64,000 bases of DNA from Eledone cirrhosa (lineage: Eukaryota), in NCBI GenBank assembly GCA_964016885.1, contig OZ024748.1, positions 33,418,001 to 33,482,000 of the forward strand, written 5' to 3'. This document shows, piece by piece, positions 50,870 through 64,000 of this stretch (its first letter is position 1; each line of letters begins with the position of its first letter). Under the pieces are notes generated by a model, which worked only from the letters and a program-made list of their open reading frames with translations, made no database searches and had not been told where the DNA came from. A program made the translations under genes and the position numbers.

Positions 50870-51410
50870 TATATTCTCATGTTTTTTATATATATTTACC
50901 TCGGCTGCGTTTGTCTGTTTCTCTCTTACTGCTTCCCCGTTCTCTCTGTTGCTCTCACCTTCTTTCGCCCCCTCTGTCAGTTACACTTTCTCTCGACTGA
51001 CCTCTTCCTCGCACTTCCACTCACTCACTCTGTTTTTCCCCTTCTCACTTCCTCCCGTTTGGCTTGTAGTGGGTTCTCTTCTTGCTCACATCTCACTCAC
51101 GTCGGACGGTCTGTATCTCGATCGCTCATGAAATCCACCCAGTTTATGCTGACCGGATAACCATGTTGCTTGTTTATTCCTATCTTTGCGTTGCTTTCAT
51201 CCTTCTATGTTGTTTACTTGTCTCACTCGCTTTACGCGATTTACTTGTCCCAATAGCTTTATTTAGCTATTGCTCGCACCAACCTGAGGTATATGATTTT
51301 TAATGCGATGAAATATCAATGATGGTTGGAAAATCACTGACGAAGGACTATTTTTATCATATGTAACCCATGTGCAACCACGGAGTATTCTTCTTTCTTC
51401 TCATGTTTTT
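50870..51410 (+). mobile_element. Diverged copy of the 933-1888 non-coding element
   Basis: cgcaccaacctgagg..gcgatgaaat..ggttgga..tcactga(c/t)gaaggact is shared with the reverse complement of the 933-1888 element. Confidence 0.65.
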
Positions 51411-51429
51411 TATATATATATATACATGT

Positions 51430-52071
51430 GGAGGCACGTGTCCTAGTGGTAAGGGTGTTGGACTTACGATCATAATGTAGTGGGCTCGATTCCTCGGTTG
51501 CGTGTTGTGTTCTTGAGCAAAACACTTCATTTCACGTTGCTCCAGTATACTCTGCTGAAAATGAGTACCAACAATAGCTGGAGGTTTAATCCTGCGATGG
51601 ACTGGCGTCCTGTCCAGAGGGGCGTATTGTACTCTCAGTTGCTTAATATATACTTTACATAAACCTGCGCGATGGACTGGTGTCCTGTCTAGGGGGGAGT
51701 CTTGTACTCTCAGTTGCTTAATATATACTTTACATAACCTTGCAATGGACTGGTATCCTGTCCAGGGGGGAGTCTTGTACTCTCAGTTGGTTAATATATA
51801 CTTTACATAACCCTGCGATGGACTGGTGTCCTGTCCAAGGGGGGGTCCTTTACTCTCAGTTGCTTAATATATACTTTAAATAACCCTGCGATGGACTGGT
51901 GTCCTGTCCAGGGGGGAGTCTTTTACTCTCAGTTGCTTAATATATACTTTACATAACCCTGCAATGGACTGGTGTCCTGTCCAGGGGGGAGTCTTGTACT
52001 CTCAGTCGCATCATGCCATGAAACCGGGATAAGCACCGGCCAAATGAGCCTTCTGGCTTAAGACAGACTTT
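51430..52071 (+). mobile_element. tRNA-derived SINE with internal 73-bp tandem amplification
   Basis: tRNA-like head and ttcttgagcaaaacactt body. cctgcgatggactggtgtcctgtccagggggg.. occurs six times at 51591-52007. Tail gaaaccgggataagcaccggcc. Confidence 0.85.
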
Positions 52072-52348
52072 AGATATATATACATATATTTATATCAAGC
52101 AAGAATTTGTTGGTCATTCCTCTCTCTTCCACAGAATCTCTGTATTGGACACCAAGACTCAGTACACTGTCTCCTTCATATGTTGGACTACCTCAACACC
52201 AACGATCCTCTCACAGGTAAGTACATATCCATCAAAGCTGGAGGTGAATCAGTTATGAAAGTACTTCAACATCTTTTAAACTGTTTTAACACTACAGGAA
52301 AAAAGTCCAGACATGTTCAAGAAAGCATTGATAGTTGTACTCTACAAA

Positions 52349-54494
52349 ATGGTAGCTTGGAAGTGTCACTACGAAAGGCTTCTAAATGAGGAGAACAAAT
52401 GGGAGAAAGACAGTCTCCCCCGCATCGACCCAATAGAGGGACCAGCAGTGTTAGTCGAAGGTAGTATAATAAGTAAGACAATCAAAGATATGAAGACGGG
52501 TAAGGCAGCTGGGCCTTCGGAAATAGTTGCTGAGATGCTGAAAGCCTCTGGAACGGTGGGACACACCATGGTCACCCGGATAGTAAACCAAGTTATACAG
52601 AATGGGGTTGTTCCGAAGGACTGGCATAGCAGCATCATCATTAACTGTTACAAGAGTAAAGGAGATTCCCTAGATAGGTGTAACTATAGAGGCATTAAAT
52701 TAATCGACCAGGTCATGAAGGTCACGGAAAAAGTAATAGCGCAACTAATCAGAGAGAGAATTGATCTAGATGAAATGCAGTTCGGGTTTGTGTCAGGCAA
52801 AAGTACCACAGACGCTCTTTTCATTGTACGACAACTACAGGAGAAGTACCTAGCTAAAAGTAAACCCCTATACTTAGCTTTTGTTGACTTGGAGAAAGCC
52901 TTCGACAGAGTCCGCCGTTCCATTATCTGGTGGGCTCTTAGAAAACTAGGTGTTGACGAATGGCTTGTGAGAGCTATACAAGCCATGTATAAAGAAACAG
53001 TCAGCAAGGTTAGAATTAACAACGAATATAGTGAAGAGTTTAGCGTAAAAGTTGGTGTCCATCAGGGCTCTGTTCTTAGCCCCCTACTATTTATTATTGC
53101 CCTTCAGGCTATAACAGAGGAGTTCAAGACCGGCTTCCCATGGGAACTCCTATACGCAGATGATCTAACGCTCATAGCTGAATCAATGACCGAACTAGAG
53201 AAGAAATTTCAAACATGGAAGCACGGCCTAGAATCAAAAGGCCTTAAAATTAACCTGGCTAAGACTAAAGTTCTAGTTTGTAGGAAAGAAAATAAGGCGG
53301 CGGTCCCTTCCGGGAAATGACCATGCTCAGTGTGTAGGAAAGGCGTAGGTAGAAACTCCATTTTATGTCCCAAATGCAAAGTATGGGTGCATAAAAGATG
53401 TAGTGGGATCACAGGTAAACTAACTAAGAACATAGATTTTACATGTGGCCGGTGCTCTGGTGCAATAAGTAGCAGCAAGTGCCCACAAAATACTAGCTCT
53501 TTCAATTGCGCAGAGGGTTCTATAGAAATAGTGGACAGCTTCCGTTACCTGGGTGACAAAATCAGCAGTGGGGGAGGGTGCTCTGAAAGTACAGTAGCTA
53601 GAGTCAGAACTGGATGGAAAAAGTTCAGAGAGCTTATACCACTATTAGCCGCTAGAGGGTTCTCCCTAAAAATGAAAGGCAGGTTATACGATGCCTGCAT
53701 ATGAACAGCAATGCTGCATGGCAGCGAGACCTGGGCATTGTGTGCAGAGGATATATGCAGACTAGAGAGGAATGAAGCTTGCATGCTCCGCTGGATGTGT
53801 AATAGTAATATACGTGAACGGCTAAGCATAACCGAACTAAGGAAAAAATTAGAAATAAGAGAGATGAGATGTTGTTTACTCGAGAAGAAGGCTACGTTGG
53901 TACGGTCACGTGATGCGCATGAAAGACGACAGCTGTATAACAAAGTGCAGGGCAATCAAGATAGACGGTAGCCACGGAGTAGGCAGACCCAGAAAAACCT
54001 GGGACGACATGATAAATTCCGACCTCACACGCTTACACCTCTCCAAGACAATGTCACTGGACCGAGACCTTTGGCGGTACTCAGTAATAGAGAAGACCCG
54101 CCTTACCTAAATACAAAGTAAAAACCTACTACAGTCAGCAGGCATCTCTATCAAAACAGCCCCCCCCCCCATCCACACCGCCTCTTTCAATGTAAAGTTA
54201 TGTTGGTGCCACAACATCCAGGCCGAAACAAATGAGATCGTGTAGGTGTCACGACAAAAAAAACACACAGTCCACATTGTAAATGTGGCCGTGTAGGCAA
54301 CACGGTAAAAACCTCCCAGCCCCACACTGTAAATGTGGTTGGTGTTAGGAAGGGCATCCAGCTGTAGAAAACCCGCCAGACAGTCCTATGCGAGCAAGAC
54401 AATCACTCTTGCCTCAAGTGGGAAAACCCCCGTCCAAACCCATGCAAGCGTGGAACACGGACGCTAAACCTTGATGATGATGATGATGATGATG
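52349..54494 (+). mobile_element. 5'-truncated RTE LINE (subfamily A), unit 2 only
   Basis: ORFs 52313-54110. Very similar to 3870-6105, with a (GAT)n tail. Confidence 0.95.
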
Positions 54495-54705
54495 AAAGCC
54501 TTTACTGTGAAAATACAATAGTATATATAGAGTAATGTAAATGTTATGTGAGATATTATGTAAGATAAAGCCTTTACTGTGAAATTACAATAGTATATAG
54601 AGAGTAATGTAAATGGTATGCGAGATATTATGTGAGGTAAAGCCTTTACTGTGAAAATACAATAGTATATATAGAGTAATGTAAATATTATGTGAGGTAA
54701 AGCTT
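54495..54705. repeat. 72-bp minisatellite (~3 units)
   Basis: Orthologue of 20190-21240. Confidence 0.85.
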
Positions 54706-55024
54706 CTTCTTCTCTCTATCACACACTTTCTCTTCCTCTCTCTCCAGAAAGCCAGATCCTTTCTCAACCATGGAACCATGTATTACTTGATGTCCTGTTT
54801 AGGGGTCACAAACTGTCAGATTTCTCTGACCCTATACTTTCGCTCATCATCAAGATAAAATCTCCCTTTATTTATATCCCTGCTTTCTGCGGTTGGTGTT
54901 AGGAAGGGCCTCCAGCTGTAAAATATCCAACAGTCCTCACCGGAGCAAAGCGCAATGGGGGCCAACTATGGTCAGACTTGACCCAGATTCTGCCTCCTTC
55001 ACTGTGTTTATCACCAGAACTATC

Positions 55025-55458
55025 ATCATGATCATCATTTTACGTCCGCTTTTCTCTGCTTGGAAAGGTGGGATGGGAACTGATTCTGGCTTGATTTCTA
55101 CAGCTGGATGCCCTCCCTAAGACCAAACTCATTTACAATGAGTGCTGGGTGCTTTTTTGCCGTGGTACCTACACGACCACTGTACAGTGTGGGCTGGGTG
55201 TTTTTTTGCCGTGGCACCTCCACATCAACTTTACAGTGTGGGCTGGATGCTTTTTTTGACGTGGCACGTCCACGACCACTTTGCAGTGGAATTATAGGGA
55301 CCCCAGTCCTATCACCTCATTTCTACAGATGAGTAAACTGGAGCAATGTGAAATAAAGTGTCTTGCTCAAGAAAACAACACATCACCCGGTCTGAGAGTT
55401 GAACTCACAACCTTTCGATTTCAGGGCCAATGCTCTAACCACTAAGCCATGTGCTTCC
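55025..55458 (-). mobile_element. tRNA/CORE-like SINE with RTE tail
   Basis: Orthologue of 21540-21866, with extra RTE 3' UTR subrepeats. Confidence 0.85.
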
Positions 55459-55897
55459 ATGTATATATGTATATATATATATATATATACATATACATAA
55501 AAGATAAAAAAAAGATGGTATGTTCACAGACACTCTATGAAGAACTGTAGACTAGAGAACTCAACAACGCTGGCCAATAAAATCTGGCAGCTTAAGGACA
55601 CAAACTAGGAATATGGGATTAGCTGGTCGAAATTTAATTACCGCCCACATCCACATCTTGTGTATATAACATAGCCATTTGTTTCTCTATATATGCCTGT
55701 GTCTACCGTTCCTTCATAAACCAGTTCCTAGATCATGATCAGAACTCCGTCATCCTGAAATACCACATCCACCAGATGCTGAAGAATGCACACATCATGT
55801 TAAAAGCTGGTCAAATCCAATCAGATCAAGTCCTCATGAAGAGTCTGTTGCACAAGGTAAATAGTATGTGTGTGTATATATATATATATATATGTGC

Positions 55898-55947
<50 letters not shown>

Positions 55948-55988
55948 ATGTATGTGTCTGTGTGTATATATATGTGTGTGTGTGTGTG

Positions 55989-56021
<33 letters not shown>

Positions 56022-56204
56022 CTGTGTGTGTGTATATATGTGTGTGTGTATATATATGTGTGTGTGTGTATATATATATGTGTGTATATATATATATGTG
56101 TGTATATATATATATAGTTTGAGAGGTGTGTATCATCATCCTCATCATCATCTTCGTTTAACGACCGTTTTCCACGCTAGCATGGGATAGACGTATATAA
56201 TAAA

Positions 56205-59200
56205 CTAGCAGTTTAGCCCGGTGTTGCTCGGGTTTGTTCATTTGCTATGAAAAGTTACAAACAGGTAAACGTAGCTTGAAAGCGCATAAGCTTATCAATT
56301 AAGTGCATAAAGCAGTTGAACCGGTTATTAATAGTTACGAATCAATGAAGGGTTAATAATCTTCCAATAGCGAATTTAGTAGACCAAAGTTGCAAGATGG
56401 TGGCCCTGATGCCGCTGGGTGTCAGATATGTCCGCTATGGGTGACCCTACCAGTTTTCCAGACGGCATAGCTCCAACACCTGCACCAACATCTATAGCAC
56501 CTCTTTGTAGACGATATTGCGTGTCATCCCTTGAGGAGTGTAAGCAAAAAGTCCATTCCTGCTCCCTACGTGGGAACAGGCAACATAAAGTTGGCCATGA
56601 GAGAAGCATGGCTTCCCCAAATGGATGCCCGCCACCGACAATGTTTGCCCTTGTGACTTGTTAATGGACATGGCAAAACATGGTCTCACCGGAAATCAAA
56701 CGGGATATCTGACGCCGAGGGGAAAAGGTTCATCCTTGGAATGAAAACATTCTCCCCTCTCCCACACCCCGTTACAATGGTGGCCTCAATCAAGTGGGGC
56801 GTCAGTGACTTGATGACTATGCGAGTACCATTGCACTGCTTTGGTGAACGCAAGTTCCTTATTAGCATAATGGGACAGCCCACCCTAAGCTTAAGAATGT
56901 GAGGTGGGAGCCCTGGGGGCTCAAGGGAATTTAATAACTCAACCGGATAATTAACGATATCGTCGGGGTCTGACGTCCGGTCGATAGATTTGAAGATATG
57001 TTCTTTACCGGGAATTTTCTCAATCAGCTGCTCGTTAATAAAATTAACCATGGTATTTTTCGGAGCAAGGATGGCTCTTTCGCTGAGCCAATCGAGGTTT
57101 TTAAAGTTAGATGAGACATCAGGAAAAACTGCTTCCCAAAGGTCAGAAGGGCTGCTCACAATGTTGTACAGGAAGTCAATTGCTATGCAGCCCTTGTCAT
57201 CCCGCAGGGACCTTTCCCTCACCAAGTGCTAAAATATTCTGAGCAAATGCTGCAGACATGTCGTCACCATGCAAATGAGCACGCATATTTGTGCTCAAGT
57301 ACAAATTCTTCACCTGGAGCCACAACATGGACGACTTAAGACAGACACACACTTCATCAGCTCTTGTCCCTTTGGGGATGACAGGCAGCGTTTGCCGAAA
57401 ATCCCCTGATAGCAGAAGGGTTACGCCACCCATAGGAGCCGTAGAATCCCTAATGTCTTTCAGCGTCCTGTCGAATGCTTCAAGGGCACCCTTGTGTGAC
57501 ATTGCGCACTCATCCCAAACAATGAGGCAACATTTTTTGAGAACCAGAGCTTCGTGTGAACTCTTGCTGATATTGCATGTTGGTGTCTAAGTTTTTACTA
57601 AATCCAAGGGGAGTTTAAATGTTGAATGTGCTGTCCTACCTCCCGGCAGCAAAGTAGCAGCGATCCCGGACGATGCAATGGACAACACAATTTTGTTCTC
57701 CTGAAGAATCTTAGCGAGAATCAATTTCGTTACAGAAGTTTTTCCGGTACCCCCAGGACCATCAAGAAAGTAAATACCCCAGTCTGATTTTGAACCGCGT
57801 CAATGATAGTTAAATAGGCCAACCTTTATTCCGACAGAAGTTTGGGCTCATTTTCCTCTAATTATTGGGAAAGAGATTCGATGTCATATGCTGTTTCCCG
57901 CAACAAATCCGGGGCCAACGTGTTAGCTTCTTCTCTGACGGTTGACGGCAAGCCATACGTCGCCAACTCACACCCACCCATGTCGAAGAGGGCGTCCTCG
58001 ATATCAATGAGTGCCCTGTTGTAGATAATGTCACTGTAACCAACTTCCACTGAAGTATACTGCAGATGAGCCAGGCGCAGGAAGTCCTCAGACATGAAGT
58101 CTCTGTACTTGACCCATAAAGATTTGGGATCACCCAATTCACACTTTTGAAGCAAAATAGCAAAGAGTTTCCTTAGACCTTTAGGTGATTTCAACAAAGC
58201 ACCCTCTGCTAAAGTGGAATCCCATTGCGAATCATCTTCCAAAAGACGACGCTTAAAGCAGGCTTCCCGGTACGTATCACATATTTCTCTATCGACAGTT
58301 TTGATGTCCTGAAAACTTTGTGGGCCTACAACTTCATGCAGAAGAAGGCGGAGATGAAAGCACTCATGCTGACTTGGGGGTACAGTGTAAACCCTTCCAA
58401 GACAGCTGTCAAATTTTACACCAGGATATCTTTCAACAACCTGACCTGACTTTCTTCGCACCCAAGTGTTTTTCGACCATATAAAGTAGGATGGAACCTG
58501 GGGGTACACAATTGTTTGTGCAAATGTATCGAACTGGCAAAGTTTGAAGAAACCCGTCAGAGTGGTCTCTTTCGGATCGGCGGCCAACTTGGCGGCGGTT
58601 TAGTCTGTAAAGTAAACCCTTTGCCCATTTTCCAAATGTACCGCAAGCTGTATGATGGCGGAGTGACATTGGTGTAGGGGTAAACCAAATAGGCGCCAAA
58701 AAGCTTCATTGCTACTGATGTACCGCCCCGCCAGGTATTGTGACCTTGTCCCTACTATTTACAGCTTGGAATGCGAACATTGCGGCATCAGAGCCCTTAT
58801 TTACATATTTGCATATGTATTTTATTGACTTGACGGAGTTGCAAAACTCAACGTTGATGTGGGTGTTGAACATCTTCAAGAGAAGCGGGCAGTAAGGGAC
58901 CACTCATCTATTGTCAACTTGACCTCTCCTTACTGTTGTGGTGAAGCCACCGTTCTCGAGCCGTCTCCGCCTGTACAGGGGGTACTCGTCGCCACCAGTC
59001 TGAGTCTCGTCAACAAATTTTTTGGGGTATCCCTTACTGCACGACCCCCCCCCACCCACCCTTTCAGACACGTGCGATGTTCATTAGGACCCGATGCACA
59101 CGGACCATGAATCATGTTACCTTTGACGATGTCATGTAATTCCTGGTCAGTTGCTGGGTTAGGGATTTCAGCTGAAATGAAGCTGTCTATGGCATTTGAA

Positions 59201-60379
59201 TTGATTTTATCAGCTAACCAAATCAAAATGTGAGCATGTGGCAGCCTTCGTTTTTGCCAATCGACGGTGAACATGTCACATTTTACAGCCCCAAATACCT
59301 TAACCTTTTTGATTAAAGCCATGAGTTTAGCCAGTTTCAGTCTGAACACTCTGTCAATGAGGTCATGTCTGTTCGAATAATTTTGCCCAGGAAAAAGTTC
59401 ACGGGTTACATTCCGATTCATATGTCTATAGCATTAATCTGTTATATGAAGTGTTATTTTGCGGGCTGTTATTTGCAATAAGCCGATTGAAAATGCCCCA
59501 GATAAGCTGTATGTCAATACGGAACGCTCCACTGCAGTGTTGTCATATAGGGAGTGAAGAGCGACAGAGAGTTGGTTGTTTTATCAATTCATCTGTTGCT
59601 TTTGAATATTTGTTATTTGATGTAAAATGTAACTGTGTAAAATATAACGTTGAGAGAGCAGTATGTATTTAGTGTTATCGGCTTTTTAAATTTTGATATT
59701 TGATGTATGAGTGTCGTTATGACTGTTTGTTGTTGTATAAAATGATGTATTGCTTAGTTATCAAAGTTTTTTTCGCGGGATGATCTATTATATACAGAGA
59801 GAAGAGTGCCGGATAGAGTGAAGCTAGTGTTAAACCTCGAAGCATGAAGAGAGTAAAGCAGTTAAATTATAGAGAGGAGGAATAATCTATTGTAGAGAGG
59901 GGGAAGAGCGACGGAGAGAGTAAAGCTATGGTTGTTGTATAAATCGATGTGTTGCTTAGGTTTCAAAGTTTGTGTCGCGTTCCTTCAAAAGAATTTTGTC
60001 GTTGCTCTAAATTGTAATGGTGATAGAGTAGTAGACGGAGGCAGTAACCTTTTAAAGAGAGTTGCAGAGGAGATTGAGGGGGGAGTAGAGGAAAGGATGA
60101 ACCTTTTAAAGAGAGTTGCAACATGTAGTTTCATATATTTTTGATGGTAGTAGTGAGAGGAATGAAGCGTGTAAGAGAGAGGGTTACAGCATGTATTTAG
60201 TTTTATCGATTTTTTTTCATAGAAGCAGGAAACTTTTGCCAAAAATAATTATGCGTTGACCTGCCTCGTAAATTTGTAGCACATTGGAAAAAAAATCATC
60301 AAAATCGGTAGAGAAATGTGGAAATGCATAAAAATCATACACACACGGACAGACATCTACCGTTTTATATATACAGAGA
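56205..60379 (-). mobile_element. Helitron with decayed Rep-helicase, unit 2 only
   Basis: 5'-TCTCTGTATATATAAAA and 3' hairpin cccgagcaacaccggg plus CTAG. Exact empty site ataataaa|taatgtatata at ~22431-22449, with no TSD. Confidence 0.95.
56492..59421 (-). pseudogene. Helitron Rep/PIF1-helicase fragments
   Basis: HUH motif LPHAHILIW, KYICKYVNKG, FLDGPGGTGKT (~57740-57770), GDFRQTLPV, AMSINKSQGQTL and FSHGQLYVA. Many frameshifts. Confidence 0.93.
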
Positions 60380-60648
60380 TAATGTATATAATCTACGCCT
60401 AATCGTGGTTAAAAATTCTACTTTGCAGCTTACAACTGTAGCTGGCAGCTGTGATGTTGACAAGAATGTAGTACTCAATATAGGGTGCATGATAGAGGAA
60501 GGGGAAAATACATAATGAAAAACACCAATATATATATAGTATATATACATACTATATATATATAAAAGGTAAACAGAAATAACAACACAATCGGTACAGT
60601 ATATGGAAGGAATATATTAGGTTAACGATTGATATAGCAGGAAGAGGG

Positions 60649-60684
60649 TCTTAACGTTTCGGACGCTAGTCCTTCATCCGAAGA
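60649..60684 (-). ncRNA. Minimal type I hammerhead (family A), U4G lesion
   Basis: Minus strand reads tctt CGGATGA a ggac tagc gtcc GAA acgt t aaga. Orthologue of 22736. Confidence 0.75.
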
Positions 60685-60785
60685 AAGAATGAGAAATAAA
60701 ATAGATTGAGGGGACTGGCTGATGGAATTGGAAAAAATGTCTTTAGATAAAAATAACAGGTCTTTCATGTTGACATCTCTTGCAA

Positions 60786-60863
<78 letters not shown>

Positions 60864-60886
60864 ATGATATTAATAAATGGAAACTA

Positions 60887-60982
60887 TATTTATAAAACCA
60901 TATTTATTCTATTATATATATTTTAAAGGTACCAAAACTTTGGTACGCTCTCATCTGATATACAAAGTTTGTTTTATAAATA
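60887..60982 (-). ncRNA. Decayed hammerhead (family E), orthologue of 26123-26221
   Basis: Core reads CAGATGA and AAAA. Outer helix I and helix II are retained. Confidence 0.7.
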
Positions 60983-61287
60983 GTGACATACCGAGGAATG
61001 ACTCCTTAACGGTTCAAGTTTCTCCTGGATAGTGAAAGGAAAGAGAGAAAAAGGGAAGAAAGGAAAAAACAAATATTTCAAATTATTTTCATGAATATGC
61101 AGATGATAATTTACCACAAATATTACAGTGATATGGCTTTTCTCCATTATATATATGTTTCTATGAAGTAATGTAGCAATGAAAGAGAATAATTTCTCCC
61201 CAATATCACAGTGGTATGTCTTCTTACTCATATGAATCTATTTGTGTTTAATTAATTCACCTTTTGAGATAATGCGATATGACTTTG

Positions 61288-62971
<1,684 letters not shown>

Positions 62972-63383
62972 AATATTTTTTATATTATATTCCTAAAAAT
63001 ATTTCTTCTTCTATATTTCCCTCAACTGTGATTTCAGTTAATATCTGAAGATAATACAAAATTATGTTTCATCCAAGTTTAGTTAAAATACAAAACCATA
63101 TCATAGAGAAGAAAATAAATTCCGTTTTGAGGAAATATTTCACAGTAATTCAACGACAGATTTATATAAACAGTGTTATATACGTTCTATTTAAAATGTT
63201 TTAGTCTTCAAATGATGATAAATAGACGTGATGCATCCAACATTGAAAATAATAATTTATCCCAATGTCATCTGGTATTCTGAAATAAGAAAGAAACAGT
63301 ATGAGATAATACAGAATACTAAATGTTATCCTTCTATCTCTATGGCAGTTTAGCGAAAAATTCATTCTGATAAGACTTTCTAA

Positions 63384-64000
63384 CATCTCCTCTCCTGGTG
63401 ACAGGTCAACACCGGTTTAACATATACATATATAAATATATATACACACACATATACATATACACATATACATATATATATATATGTATATATATATATG
63501 CAACTTTTATAAATAACCGCAATGACAGAGGACGGAGACATCGTTATGCTAGCAGGGGACTTCAATGGTCATGTTGGACAGCTCCAGGATGGTTACACTG
63601 GGGTACATGGTGGGCACGGTTACGGGTCAAGAAATGAAGTAGTGAGACTTCTTGAATTTTGTGATGCAAGTACACTGACTATTTGCAACACTAACTTCCA
63701 GAAACCTGCCAACCACCTAATAACCTACAAATCAGGCGAGCACATAAGACAGATAGACTTCTTACTAGTTGGGCAGCGGGACAGGCAGATGGTGTCTAAT
63801 ACCAAGGCATACCCTGGGGAACAATGTACCCCACAGCATAAGTTAGTCGTTAGTGATATCTCAGTAAGCAAGAGATGGAATGAGACATACAGGAAGGTGT
63901 GTAAAAGAAAGGTCTGGAAGCTAAAAGACTTTTCACTAAAATACAAATTTAGGAAAGCCCTTCAAGATGTGTATGACGAAAAAGAAGACGATTTAGAGAC
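63384..64000. repeat. Start of duplication unit 3 (includes RTE fragment from ~63499)
   Basis: Homologous to 5-690 and 28307-28935. Confidence 0.92.

Overview
AT-rich, repeat-dense eukaryotic DNA. It is most consistent with an octopod cephalopod (inference from the [18 protein letters not shown]-type C2H2 arrays, RTE LINE/SINE content and very long TA/CATA microsatellites). The window is a tandem segmental duplication: unit 1 ~1-28302, unit 2 ~28303-63383, and the start of unit 3 at ~63384. Each full unit carries one minus-strand C2H2 zinc-finger array, and both arrays are now disabled. After duplication each unit was inflated independently by transposons: many RTE LINEs (most with a PHD-type finger inside the RT region), Penelope-like elements (PLEs), a CsRn1-lineage Gypsy LTR element with an intact -1 frameshift heptamer plus pseudoknot, two Helitrons, a piggyBac derivative, a CR1/L2 tail and several SINE families. 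The main structure not shown by the ORF track is 11 type-I hammerhead ribozyme motifs in 5 sequence-distinct families. One has an intact core and lies sense-oriented just 3' of the unit-1 ZNF array. Another sits in a 414-bp non-coding retrozyme-like monomer. No intact host protein-coding gene is supported. All alignments and folds were done by eye, so boundaries are approximate unless a junction is quoted.
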